Assembly: GCF_037042905.1 (NCBI RefSeq)
Contig: NC_087252.1
Coordinates: 1,054,001 to 1,118,000, forward strand
DNA length: 64,000 bases
Direction of reading: 5' to 3'
Source: Lytechinus pictus
Lineage: Eukaryota
In this document: positions 25,976 to 39,839 of the stretch, in pieces
Numbering within the stretch: position 1 is the first letter of the stretch
How the letters are laid out: every line of letters begins with the position of its first letter
Notes under the pieces: generated by a model
Database searches by the model: none
Told to the model about the DNA's origin: nothing
What the model saw: the letters and a program-made list of their open reading frames with translations, nothing else
Made by a program: the position numbers and the translations under genes

Positions 25976-27338
25976 GGACATTTCATATAATTGGGTTACT
26001 TGGAATGCGAGATTTAGTTGAGCTTAGTTTTCCTCCTCTTTTCTTCTGTATTTTTAACTCTCTTAACATTTATTTGATATCGGAAAAGAGCTGTTTTAAA
26101 GCAAAGGGTGGAATGCGAAAAATCAGTGTGTATCTCAGGAGGCCAGAGGGTACCAGCTTTATGCCGGAAAGTTAAATTAATATGGACTCTGTTACTCAAG
26201 AAATTACAACGATTCTTTTTTTATGAATCGTTTGCCAGCACTGAACAAAACCGTTTACTAAAAATTATGATTCCTCTGACCATCAGTATCTTTTCCTTTT
26301 CTATTCCCTTTTTATATTGGAATGACCTTCGCTTCGTTCAAACTCCATCTACCCAAGTTCGACTTTGTAACCATGGTAAAGCAATGAAAGACTTCCCATT
26401 CGATGCAGAAAAACCCCTCCCTCTAAAACAAACACAAACAATCTCTGATCAGATCTACCTGGCGACTCAAAACAGACAACCCTTTGCCTTATTAGTGAGC
26501 AATAAAGTTTCAATCTGTAATTCGTCCCGCTTTGCTATTTGGCGGAAACCCCGCGGTTTTCTAGCCAACCCGCTGTGCTAACAGGCCTCACTCTCAGTCG
26601 AGTGAGGTATCATGTATTATCCATGCTATTACCTTCTTCTCACCGGTGTACTTTTTCTTCTTCATCAAATAGTCAAAGTACATTCAGCCAACCTTCTTGT
26701 CTTGTCATAATTCTTTGGGGCTTCTTTTTCTTGGTCACATATAAACCATGTTTTATTTTCTTTTTTAAAGTAATATGAAGACTGTTTTTTCCAAGACATT
26801 AATAGCGCAAATTCCTTAGTGATATTTTTAACATGTTTAATGTCATGATGCAAATTATAGATCTACAAATTTCCTTTTCCGTAGAACAATTTAATTATAT
26901 CCATGTTTAAGGCTTTTATCTGTGTATATCAAGTAATAACTGTATTCTTTTATTTCAGCGTTTCTAGATCGAAGTGCACCCATATCCTTTTTCCTATTAT
27001 AATCGAGTATTGAATATGTTGAACTTTCCAAAGGATTTAACATTATTTTTTTATCGAAACTGTCTATTTATTATGTTCATCTGAATGTGTTTATACGTAT
27101 CTCTCTAAGATTCTTCATAAAAATGAACGGTAAAAACTGAAAGGGAGCGATGACCGAAAAATTGAGGATTAATGGGTGGAATGGAGAAACTACTGGAGGG
27201 GGGTGACTGAGATACAAAGAGAACGGAGAGAACTTGTAGATACGAAGGGAGGATGAAGTTCTAAGACATCTGCAGCTCTAGACATTTTTTATATCAGATC
27301 AAAAATAGACCGCCGAGTGCGTACCCCCATCATAAAGT

Positions 27339-27351
27339 GGGCGGGGCCAAT
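27339..27351 (+). promoter_or_regulatory. Adjacent GC box (GGGCGGGG) and CCAAT box, probable Barx proximal promoter
   Basis: Sequence gggcggggccaat about 390 bp upstream of the Barx ATG, in an otherwise AT-rich background. Confidence 0.45.
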
Positions 27352-27738
27352 TACACTTTTGGTCTTAACTCGGAAATGGGGTGCGGAAATAGCTGTTGGC
27401 TTTCTTTAGGAGACCCCTAGGTAGGATTCCGACACTTTTGTCTTCCTCCGTGACTTGATTGATCTGAATATTTTGACTCCTTTTATCCAACAGCTATTGC
27501 CAATTTCTCATCATTAGTGCTTTTTCTTATTTATTAACTTTTGAAGAAGCGAAACGAGTTTAGAATTTCGCCTAGCAAATCATTATAAACTAAAAGTAAA
27601 ACCAAATGTTTTCTGCTATTTCAAGGCGGGCATGAATCTTTAAGACTGTTATCTCATAGGAAGAATTATATTTATATCAGAATCGATTTTCGATTTGAAG
27701 TAAAGAATATTTATCTAACTACAAACTGTTTTATAGCC

Positions 27739-28300
27739 ATGCATTTTAGTGGTTCAAACGTTCAACCAGGTGCGCCTCCTCTCGCCATCGGCACCTCACT
27801 CCTTCGCTACCCGAGCCTAGCGGGCGGGGACGTGCCGCGTCCGGGCTTAGACGCAATTCGTCACTCACCTGCCGCAGGAAACGTTGCCGAGTTGCCTCTT
27901 GCGGACATCCAACGGATAAACAACCTCGCTATTTTGTTGCCAAACTCGACTTTAAAAACACCAAAAAGTGCAAAATTCACGAACTCATTTATTTCGCAGG
28001 CAAAGCCAGGTGCTGGAGCAACAACCATGAAAAAGTGCGGATTTTCAATTGATGATATTTTACATTCGTCATCTCGGCAATCTTTGAAATCTTCGTCACC
28101 ACCACAACAGAGATGTTCCCCTTCGCCGGAGCTTCGGCGGGAAAGTCTTGCCGGTGATGCGATAACTCCGAGAGGTCATGATGCAAGCTTTAAATTCATC
28201 TCAAGACTTCAAAGCAAGTTTTATCAAGATTTAAAATTGAATGGACTTCAATTGTCATCTTTGAGGTCATCTTCAAATGTCAATCTCTTTTCTTTATCTG
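27739..28300 (+). CDS. Barx: Barx homeobox gene, coding exon 1 (contains eh1 motif FSIDDIL)
   Basis: 187-codon GC-richer ORF with good Kozak context (gccATG); eh1/Groucho-binding motif typical of NKL genes; phase-1 donor G|gtaagt matches acceptor at 38307. Confidence 0.82.
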
Positions 28301-31300
28301 GTAAGTAAATACGTAATTTCCTGTAGCGCAGTAGAAAATATGTTGTTGGATATTATTGTTTATGTTTTATTAATCATCATCATTATCATCATCACCACCA
28401 CCACCACCAAAATCATCATCACAATCAACATCATCGTCGTCGTCATAGTTATCATCATCATCATCATTATTATGATCATACTCATTATCATCATCATCAT
28501 CATTTTCATCTTCTTCATTTGACTATTTATTAGCACACGGCTCATACTGATGTGAACTTAAAATAGTAAAACGATTAGCGAGTAGAGCCTATACTGCTAT
28601 CATGGTCGTAATCGTCATCATCATGATTCACAAAAGCCCAGTGACATTGAAACTACCAACACCGTGTTCGTCATTACAATCACAACCAACTTCTTGATAT
28701 AAAAAAATGAATGAAGTACATTTATTTCCAACGATAAAAGCATCAATACATTTTATAAACTTGAACAAAACAATGGAGGTAGCGACTCAGAAAGCACAGC
28801 TTGTGATGAGTGCACTGGGACATAAACAATAAATACATAGTACATGAAAAAACTTCTCTAAACAGAATAAGTTTTTTTCTTAAGTTTTGTCTTAAAGTTA
28901 TTTAAAGTTGGTGCATTTCTGATGTCTGTAGGTAAATTGTTACACTTTTTGGACCTATAAACATAATTATTAACGTTTCCTCGTGATCACCATCGAATTC
29001 GTTGTCGTCGGCGTCAATAGTAGGTAGTTTTACTAGTAGAAGTAGTACTTTTGTCGTCGTATTTGATTCATGCTTACCATTCAGGGGAAGAAGATCTAAT
29101 TGATGGTTAATTTTGATTAAGCACAATGGTTTATAATTGCTTTTATCCAGTGCATTATTCAAAAAATTCAAGTTGTGTTTTTGTTCGTCTCTTCCTTTAT
29201 CTCCAAATGCACTCGCTTTTTTCGTTTTGTTTGTTTTCATTTTAGTTTTGAATACCGTCTAAAAAATTCACGACATTAATTTTTGTTGACATGTTTTATA
29301 AGGATATCACTGATCTGAATATCATATCATCATTAAATTTTTTAAACAATAACGGAATGATGAAGCATCCAGTTAATCATTCATGTCTAAATCAATTGTC
29401 AAAACATTAATAAAATTGTATAACCATTCCAGTGCTTTAAATCTATCGATTTGAGTTTTCAAACGAAACGACTTTAATATTTACTAAAATTAAACATGTT
29501 TAAACGATGTTTATGAAAAAAAAACACACATTTCAATCTAAACTACATAATATAACAAAATTATTGCAGTCCAGGAACTTGCAACACAATTGCAATGAAA
29601 TCTCCCATACATTAACAAAAAATACGAAGCCTTTTAAAACATTGTAAAATAAGTAATATCTCCTTAATATCAACCGACTTCCATATTCAAATTAATTCCA
29701 CTTATGAAAAATATACCAAATGAAATATATAAAGTAGGTAATGAATACATATTAAAGCATGATATAAAAAGGCAAATACACATAAATGCAATGTATATTT
29801 CATAGCATAACACATATGCCCTGGTCACACTAAATAAACCCGAAGTCAGTCCGATCAAAGCTACTGCGTTATTTCGAATGTCATATCGTATCATCGGTCA
29901 GTTTGGAGTTTCGTTAGTGTGACTAACTTGGGTTTAACAAGCAGGAATCCATTTGAGACTATAGTTCATAACTTCTGTAACTTCAGCATGTTCAATAAAA
30001 ACAAAGGATAAAATTATGTGAAAGAGGGATGGATGAAGAACACTTTAAAGAAAGATTCATCAACTTAATCATGTTAATATATGTTTTGTTTTTAAAATTC
30101 TGTTACATAATTAAGCCGTCTTAATAATAGGTAATTTAACGTCCCCAATAGCCAAAGCAGAAACATTTAAATATAAACATCTTGTTTCCCCATTATATTT
30201 ACTTCATCGACATAATCGAAGGAAATATGATTTTACAAAACTTCATGCAAATACACCCAACGCATTTGGATCAGGTATTTAATTGCCGTCGCAATAGGCG
30301 TCCCATTTGTATTTCAAATAATTGATGTCGACAATGTTGAATTGTTGTTTATAACACCCACTAAATTCCGCAACTTAAAAGTGTAAGATAGGTTGAGTTA
30401 AATATTAAAAACACACCCACACACGCACCGAAAAACAAAAAAACCTTCACTCACATTATTGTAATAACTTTTTAATCGTCAAATGGAACTCATTTTATGT
30501 CATATTATTCTTTCTTTTTGCATGTATATATATATATATATATATAACATAGGTTAAAAGGTAGACAGGTAGATAATATAAAACCTATTGTCATGACTGA
30601 GTGATTGTCCTTTTTTGGTAGAAGGGTTATTTTGTAATTTCTAGCCTGCTCTTTTCAAATGGGAAAATGGTTAGCCCCAAATATGATGAAATAAAAGATA
30701 AATACTCACACCCTCATTTGTATTTATCATGTAATATGACTACATTGTTTATATTGTGAATTATTTTGTATATTGTAATTGTAAATATTTTTGTATTGTG
30801 TTTTTGAACGCAGAAATAAATGCAAGCAAACAAACAAACAAACAATAAATATCAAAAAAGGAAAAAATCAAGTAAATGAGATTAAAAGTACAAGTGAATA
30901 AAAAATAGGGTTTTCAGTGGTTCATTTTTATCAAATGCAATTTAACAAAATAAAAACCCCAATGTTGGAGCAGGCATCGTAATAAGAGAGGTATAAGAGA
31001 GTCTTTGTGACTTTTGCCTTCTTTCTCGGACCCCACAGACGTCAGAAGACAGAGACTTTGGCTAAAGAAGGTTTATCCTGGAAAAGTGTGGAGAATAGAT
31101 AAATAAATTAAGTTATACATATAGATAACGAAATTAATAGCGAAATGAATAAATGAAAAAAAATGATTAAACCAAAAAATATTGTCTTTGATCGTGTGAG
31201 TGCGGGTGTGTGGATGAGTGTGTGTATGTATACAGTACCAAGATGACATCACACTGCATATGCTGCAGTAGAGTATATACATTTTTAGTACGTGTATCTG

Positions 31301-32064
31301 TTAATCATTATCATCGAATGGACAAAACCAGTTAATGCGTTGGCTAGAGTAACGCCACATATTGTTCTCACCTTTCCGGCACACAATAAAAAAACATTTG
31401 CTCTTTAACTTGATAATTTGTGAAAATTCTTCCAAATTGAAACTTTCTAGTCACTTGGTACTATCTACGGCGCTCTTTCAACTTGTATAGGTGATGAAGT
31501 TTGCTATTGAGACTGCTACATGACTGTTGACATCGCTTGGAGTGTGTCTGACAAGCCATCTTACCCCCTTCTAAAATAATACCACCCATTTTCAGTTATT
31601 ACTGATATAATCATCCTTCCTCATTATCAAACCATTAGCGATGTAATTGGATAATTGACTGGGTTAGGAAATTGGCCGGACCTACTTAATCGAAGGATAG
31701 TAATAATATAGCCCTCTCCCTCCCAGCCATATTGTGTTGTCTGAATAGCAGAGGTAATGAACTCTGACGGGATGGGCGGGCAATAGCATCTTATATCGAC
31801 CGAGTTATGACGGCGGACAGACGGTGGAACAATCCGATGCATCGCTAGAAGATGGAACGATCAACAATTTTAGCCCATTACTATAATTCGATTGTTTGTT
31901 TGTCCGATCCGGCAATTCATGTAGATGATTTATATTACTAAAAAACAGGATTGTCATAGTTTGTTTGTTTCTAAAGCGGTGATGCATTTTTATTTTTTTT
32001 TTATTGTCGATATTCCCTTTGTTTCCATTTTCTTTGGAATTAAATATTTCGGTTTTTTATTCTA

Positions 32065-32068
<4 letters not shown>

Positions 32069-32130
<62 letters not shown>
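32069..32130. repeat. (TA)n microsatellite
   Basis: Perfect dinucleotide run. Confidence 0.95.
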
Positions 32131-32133
<3 letters not shown>

Positions 32134-33628
32134 GTCATGTATATGATGATATAAGTGATTAAACTTAGAAAATGCATAGATAATTTTCTTGCGCTTTTTC
32201 TTGCGCAAGAACGACCTTCGCTTTAAGTTAAGTGCTCTAAATCTTTTATTGCTTTAAATGCAACCGAGGCCTTATATAAAAAAAAAAAATATGGGTTTGT
32301 ATAGCCGACGGTGGAAAAATATTGACGTGATAGACGATAGGAAAAGCCTACATAGCAAGATGGTCTATGAGAGGGAGAGGGTATTAATTTTTTTAAAGGG
32401 GGAGATGAAGAAGAAGAGTAAGAGAACGAAGAAGAAAAAAGAGTAGAAGAAAGGGGATGAAGAAGACAAGTAGAAAAAAAAGATAGTAAGAAGAGCTGGA
32501 TTTACATGTTGGCAGGGTCAAACAAAAGGATTAAGAAATGAAAAAAAATCGACGAAAATCGGAGTAATATAATGGACTTAGACAATCAGTTGATGAGCAA
32601 GAAAAATAATGCAAAGTAGACGCAGAACATGAACAAAAGTTAGTATTCAGGAGAAGAAGAAGAATAAACAAAATTATGTTATTCTCTCTTATCTTTGTCT
32701 ATTAGCTAAATTGTTCTTTTTTATCATAAAAAAATAATGCATACATGCATACAATTACATATGAATAAATTGCATTTGTTTTCCCTCATCCCACGCATTA
32801 TACGTCACGAAATCATTGACCAATGGTCATTCAGCAAAATACATGACGTTCACCGATCAAAATCCGAAGAATGATAATATACACAAATTAGAAAGATTCA
32901 CGCTCGCACTTATAGATGCATTATTCCAATCAGCAATCTTACGCTGGGTGAATTTTCATATTTCAAAATATGGCACCTGTCCGGTCTATTATTCCAAACT
33001 TGCCCGAGGCATTGGCCTAAAGATAGGTAAGTAATTGGAAACAATTCCTGGCTTCGGAAGTATAAACACAGGTGCTCCGGCCAGACCTAAATAAAGTAAG
33101 ATTGGTCGAATAAAAGGGGTTTAATAATCCTTTGCTCATCAACGTTTGAGAGGTAAATGATCTTGACAAACATGACAAATAGACCAACAGTTACTGACCG
33201 AATGGAGAAAGACTTCTTATCTGAATAAATTACCCGAGATCCACTGGTGCATAGATGGGGTAGGTGGGTGGGGGGTGGGTTTGCATTCAAACCATCCCCT
33301 CCCCTGCCCTCCACAAAACGGTTCCATGGACATGAAAGGGAGGTAAAGAAAGCAAAGGGACGGGGGGAAATGGAAAACAATATTTTTCTGAATATTCTGT
33401 TAAAATCTATCAGAAAATTATCTTTCAATTCGAAAAAGATAAAAAGTTTTCTTGCTTACTCATTACTTTTTAAAAGCAGTTTTGCAAATAAAAGGCTAGT
33501 TTTTCCCATCAAGATCTGTAGATCTTTACGCTGCCGAGACGCTGCTACACACGTCAAAAATCCTTTAAAGGTTGTTTTGCAGTCGAATAATTATGTCCAT
33601 TAATTTCTGATTAAGTAGTAAGAACATG

Positions 33629-33900
33629 TAGAGGTGTTGTGGCTCAGTGGATAAGTCTCCGGACTTTGCACCACAAGATCTGGGGTTCAAATCCCACCGT
33701 AGCACTCGCGTCCTTTGGCAAGGCGTTTATCTACATTTGCCACTCTACACCCAGGTGTAGTAAATGGGTACCCGGTAGGAAGGAATTCCTTGAATGCTCG
33801 AGCGTCCGATCAGAATAGCCCTGCTAAAGCCGGGTATAGTATGCAGCGCTTAGAAATGTTTGTATTAAGCGCTATGTGAATCTTGCATATCATTATTATC
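33629..33900 (+). mobile_element. tRNA-derived SINE
   Basis: A box tggctcagtgg, B box ggttcaaatccc, core acccaggtgt..aaatgggtacccggtagg, (ATT)n tail. Confidence 0.85.
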
Positions 33901-34261
33901 ATTATTATTATTATTGTTATCATAATTATTAACATCTATTTGGAAAAATTAACGTTAAATTCGAAAGAAAACGTTGCTGTCTTTTCTTTAACAATGCTGT
34001 TTTATACTTCAACTTATTACATCAACATATTAAAAATTTACATTGTTGTTTGAAATTTTAAACAATCATAATTAATCTGTTGAATATTGAATATCAAAAA
34101 AACTTTAGTGTGTAAGATTTTACACACTTGTTTAAACACCTTCTGTAAAGCTCGTATAATTTTTTTTAAGTGCACACCTAGTTACCAAGAATGCGTATAG
34201 CATTTTCATATTTATCATCATATTTATCATATTTATTTTTCATATTTAAATTTAGGATAAA

Positions 34262-34366
34262 AGAGCATTGTACATTAAATACCTTGCTCACGGGCATAGG
34301 TGCCGCGGCCGGGGATCGAACCCCTGACTTTCCATGTATAGCCTTAGACCACTCGGCCACGGCACC
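34262..34366 (-). mobile_element. SINE head fragment
   Basis: Reverse strand reads ggtgccgtggccgagtggtctaagg...ggttcgatcccc; related heads at about 39346-39450 and 61488-61580 (+). Confidence 0.65.
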
Positions 34367-37300
34367 TAACAGCGTTGCCGGTATTGAAAATATAAACAGC
34401 GTATTTACTGCGTGGGATATCGATCATGCCACACCTACGGCCCACACCCACCTTTCGAGTTATGCGCGCGCACATAACGCACACACACTCAATAATTATT
34501 TCGTTATTAGGCCGTTTAACGTAACTGATTAACACTAACAATGAGAGTGGGAGAGAAGAAAGATAGAAAGAGACAAACAATTCTTTGAAAAGCGATTGAA
34601 CTGAAACAGCAATTTTTTGTGCATATGGTGAGCAGGTTTAGGAAGTAATGGCACACTTTAAATTTACTTATTTGTCCCCAAACGAACACGTCGAACCCTC
34701 AGCGGGCTGACGAGTAAAACGCGCCGAACTCATGGGGTGAGAGCCGCACGCTTGTCGCCCGGTGCTAGAAATAAAAGACGAGCGCCGCTAAGAATTTTGT
34801 AAGCATTTATGAATATCGCTTCTTATGTTAGTCGGTTATTCAAAGAACTGAGAAAAAAGTTGGAAACAATTAGTTTGCCAATCATAAGGTAATTAGTTTG
34901 CCAATCAAATTGCCCTGGAAAAGGGGTTTCGAAATAATTTGTACTTGAAGTGTATTTTGTAGTGATTCAGATGTTTAAATGATTATCACATTACTTAGTT
35001 ATTTTGATTGGAAGGAATAGTGGCACCTTAAAACAAATACTCTTTTCTCCTAGTATGCTAGTACTAATATTTAAAATGTATTTTGTATATTTTCTTTTAA
35101 ACGACATCGTAACATTCTAATATTTTGATAATGCTACAGTATATCATTTTTTTCACTCTGATCAGTTTGTTTTATTATTATTAGTTGATATATATATATA
35201 TATATATATATATTTACTATTGTTTCATATCCACTATCAATCGCTATAACTTTAACGTTATCAAATTTCTGGATAAAGTACTCTAAAACCTCAGCTTGAT
35301 CTCTCTATCTGCCTACATACCTACGTTTTTCTTTCTCTTTCTCTTTCTCTTTATATGTGTCTGATGTGTATATATTTTACTGTATCTTTTACTTTATTCC
35401 CCCATCTCCCCCCCCCCCCTCTCTCCCTCTCTCTCTCTCTCTCTGTGTTTGATGTTTCTGATTTTTAAGTTTCTTTTACTTCCCTCCAACTTGCTCCCTC
35501 TCTCTCTCTCTCACTGGATCGTTATTATTATTATTATTATTATTTTTTTTTTTTGGGGGGGGGGTCTTTTTACTTTCTCTCTCTCTCTCTCTCTCATTCT
35601 TTATTTCTGCTCCCATCATATACTTTCTCTATTTGATGTGTTATAACCGAGATCACCCCTTCGCACTGACCTGTTTTCTGCCGGTAACTTGAAGTTTACC
35701 CCGGATGTGATTTACTTCTCCAAGTGCATGACGGTAATTAACGGTGACACGTTAATTGTAAAATACCAGTAGGTAGCGCCTAACAGTCTCATTCGACATT
35801 TATAACGTATGGCGTGTGTGTTTCTTCTTAGTTTGGAGTAAGATTTTCTTGGAAAATGGCAAGCTATTCCAAAGAGTAGACTTAATGGGCATGTTAGCTC
35901 AGTTGGAAAACGAACTTTCGACTGATGAACGAGAAGCCATTTTATTTTTTCCTTCGAACTTTTGGTCTTTTTTTTATTCGAACCAACTCCTCCTCCACCC
36001 TGCATAAAAAGGGAAAAAAGTAATTTAAAAAAACACACACAAAACCAAGATGGAGGAGAAGGATGAACAGGAAAGTTAAAATGATAAGATGTGATGTTAT
36101 TTTCCGAACATTTTATCAAAGGCTAAGACAAAATTACTTTCATATTTTCAAAAAAGGTCAAAATTTGGGCCCGCTCGCTTCGCTCGTTCGGGATTTTTCA
36201 AACGCAATGTTGCAAGACACGCCATTTTGCGCTCACACTCAAATTTATCAACCCATTATAGCTCACTAGCTTGTCGAAAAGCAAACTTTTTTCATATTGA
36301 GCCACTGACTAACAGTTTTTAGAGGATCGTGGCAAAAAACAAGCAAAACAAAAACAAATCGGGGTCGAGTAGGAAGAGAATAAACTCTACTTCCATTTCT
36401 ACAAATAGGAAAGAAAAGTGTTATTTTCAAGAGAACTTAAATTTGGTGTTTTGAAATGAGAGAGGGAATGAGAGAGAGAGTGATGAAAGGAAAAGGGTGA
36501 ATGAGTGGATATGAGAGTGAGTGAGTGAGTGAGTGAGTGAGAGGGAGAGAGAGGGAGACGAGGATACTTAAAGAATGTTTGGACCCCACAACGGGGTAAA
36601 TAGTTTTGTTAGTGTTGGAAATGATTTTTCTATAAGCGTACCACCCTCCAGCCCAACGTCATTTTTGAATTGCATAGCGCGGCTGGTACTGGAGAGTCGA
36701 GCGGTATCCCGCTGAGACCAAGCCGAGAGGAACCCGCCTTTTATCTTGTCACTGTTGGCATGTCTCCGATTCAGTCATGGAGATGCCTCGGACAAGCTAT
36801 ACCAATAATAATCTTGTCATTTATCATATTTCCTTTCAAGTAATCACATTTTAGGATGTTCAACATTGTTACATTAACCCCCTGATATTATATTCAGGCA
36901 TCGCGCTGGGTTTCGCAATGGTTCATGATGTTATTAATATGATTCTGTTCCCTAAGAGTATACAACTTTTAAACGTTCTTTATAAGATCGACAATTATTC
37001 AGTTCTTTTAAAATCATGTTCTTGTTTTAGTTAAATGAAATGCATATATGACAATCGTTTTCTGTAGCTATGTTGCGTTTAGGCACGAGCTTTCTACTTC
37101 CAGTTGTACAATTAAAGATTTAAATAAAAAATGAAAATAAAAAAAATAGGCTCACTCTTCCGTTTATATTTATGATTCCAATAATAATTTGCAAGAGTTA
37201 TGATTAGGGTTTATAGGGAAAATACTAATGGCAAATAAAAGCGATAACCGAAACAAAATAAGCTTACCTAAACAGGCCCTCATCGGCATGCTATACGAAA

Positions 37301-38306
37301 TGCACAATGACGTCAGAAAGGCGGTGCTCGTACGTCTGCGCATGCGTGGTTGTACCCACGCACAAGGCAGCCACCCGTGTGTCCTGAATAGCATCATTAT
37401 CACAAATAATGCATTTAATTGCAAGGTATCATTTATCGCAATTACTACCCCGCTGACCCACCACCAGTGCACCTGTCTCGTCTCCTTGCCTTTAATTTAC
37501 TTTGCCTAATTCATCCCGATCGCATTAAATGTCACCACAAATTTGAAGCAATTAAACAATTATATTGTCTATATCTGTTGAAGATCTGTTTTGGCTAATA
37601 TTAAAACCCATGTTGGGTGCCTCAACAATTGATCTGTGTACAGAAGTCTATTATAGATTTGAACAGATATGAAAAGTAAAGACAGTATCTTGCTGACGAT
37701 ATGATTTTAATCAGTAACTAAGCTACGGGGCGAGGAGACGAGGGGCGGTGCCCCCATCCCTCTTCCGACGTGATTTTCTTGATACGCTATCAACAATGTA
37801 GGAAACAAAGAAATATACTAGCAAACAAAATACAAAAACATACCAATAAAATGGCCAAAGAAAGACGGGGAGACAAGGAGAGGAATACAAACGAATCAGA
37901 GCAGACTCTGTGGCGTGTTAAACAGTTTGATTATCAATCACCATTAAGAATGCACTATCGACACCATTCTTCTCTTCAAATTTGTAATAGTAGAAGGTTA
38001 AGGCCACTCAGTAGATATATAGAACTCAAGGAAGTATATAATTTGCAAATTCATAGCAAATTTCATTGTAAAATAAAAATGAAAGAATACTGCATCATCT
38101 AAGAATCTTCAAAAGTTACACAGAACTGCGATGTTCTTAAGGAAACGTGAAATTAATCCAAGCTTTAAATAGCCTTAATGATGTGTGTTTATGTTCCATT
38201 AACTGAGCTTAAAAAATCAATTTGAAATTAAGGCCTCGTGAATCTGGAGCTACATTTTCGAATGAGTTCTAATGAGTTCTGACTTTTTTTTTTTTCTCAA
38301 ATCCAG

Positions 38307-38622
38307 ATGGATTGGCTCAACTCTACACCACGACCCATCCCACAGCCACGCCCTACTACCCCACCCTCCACCATCAGCACCGTCATCATCCATCTTCCTT
38401 AACACATAGCAACCAGCATCATCCGCACTACAGCCCCCATCCAGCTCATCTTTACCCCCACCCAGGGACACACCCCTCCCTCAGTGTACCTATACCGGTG
38501 CCTGTATATCTGAGGGGTAAGACCCCGGCGGTATCGCCTGCAGAAGCGGCCAGGGCGGCCAAGAAGTGCCGGCGGAGCAGGACGGTTTTCACGGAACTTC
38601 AACTGTTAGGACTTGAGAAGAG
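38307..38622 (+). CDS. Barx: Barx exon 2: His/Pro-rich region and start of the homeodomain (KKCRRSRTVFTELQLLGLEK)
   Basis: atccag acceptor in phase 1; AG|gtatga phase-2 donor; RRSRTVFTELQL.GLEK is the Barx homeodomain N-terminus. Confidence 0.95.
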
Positions 38623-38860
38623 GTATGATATGTGCACTGTACTTGAATTTGAAAATATTCCAGAAAATGCCCCGAATTATAATAATAAATAATAATAATA
38701 ATTAACATTTATATAGCGCTTAATACAACAGTTTCTAAGCGCATTGGAAAGAGAAAAAAGAAGTAGCAAAATACAGTGAAAGAGAACAGGATATGGAACT
38801 AAGAGGACTGCTTAATGAGGTAAGATTTGAGGTAAGATATATGCTGAATAATCCTAATGT

Positions 38861-38922
38861 GTTTTACGAAATTTCAACTGTTGGCCTGATAAAAGGTATG
38901 ATATGTGCACTATAATTTTGAA
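38861..38922 (+). pseudogene. Decayed duplicate of the 3' end and donor site of Barx exon 2
   Basis: gttttacgaaatttcaactgttggcctgataaaag-gtatgatatgtgcact aligns with gttttcacggaacttcaactgttaggacttgagaagag-gtatgatatgtgcact at about 38585-38638. Confidence 0.75.
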
Positions 38923-39604
38923 CATAATTTTTTTTCAATGCCATGAATATAATATTTTACTAATGAGTGAACCCAGACGTCACGATTGAGACAAAGGAAA
39001 GACATAAATCTGTATTCAAGATTGTATAAGTATATTTCCGGTGTAAAAAATGCTGAGATGACTTTTGTTACATGAACAATCTGTATACAGCATACAATGA
39101 TACCATCAATAATATTAGTTATATTCGTTCAGCATTGTCATTATCATCATTATTATGAAATGGATATGAAATCTAAAGATATACGTCGAAATGAAAACTA
39201 ACAATTATAATGCTGATCATAATGTTAAAAATGACCACTGAAATTTTTACAATGACAATGATAATAAGAATCACAAATTTCACCAATGTTTGCAGTGATG
39301 GTGAGGGTGACGATGATGAAGATCGTTGCTTTGTTCATTATTTTGGAGGTGCCGTGGTCGGGTGTTCTAATGCGCTTCATAAGTCCGGGGTTCAATCCCC
39401 AAACCAAGGCACCTTTATCCTTGGGCAAAACATTTACCAGACATTGTTCTTTCATCCTACATTAAACCTTTTGAAATAAATTACAAAGTCACTGGCATTA
39501 TTGGTACTGATATGTTAATTATATAAAAAAAAATATGGATGGATACTAGCTGGAAAAACCTAATAATAATGAAACATCTCTTTACTTTGCCTTTATTGTA
39601 ATAG

Positions 39605-39725
39605 ATTTGATAAACAGAAGTATCTATCTACTCCTGATCGATTGGAGCTGGCTGAGACATTAGGACTAAGTCAACTACAAGTCAAGACCTGGTATCAGAA
39701 CAGAAGGATGAAATGGAAGAAACAG
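39605..39725 (+). CDS. Barx: Barx exon 3: homeodomain (R)[40 protein letters not shown]
   Basis: Not in the ORF track. aatag acceptor in phase 2, CAG|gtcagt donor. Bar-class WYQNRR (Tyr49) and Barx-type KYLSTPDR. Confidence 0.97.
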
Positions 39726-39839
39726 GTCAGTTTAAAAATTGAATTTTTATTTTGGGACGAACTCTTTTGTCACGAACATAACTTTGCAATGTGACGTCAG
39801 GGCGAATTCCTCTTTCTCAGTCTTGATAAATTAACTTAA

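Noticed and set aside
24967-26778. Several 60-157 aa ORFs upstream of Barx
   Set aside because: They overlap GAT microsatellites and a SINE, or lack recognisable domains and consistent splice sites.
28277-28545. Poly-Ile and poly-Met hydrophobic ORFs resembling membrane proteins
   Set aside because: (CAT)n microsatellite at the start of Barx intron 1.
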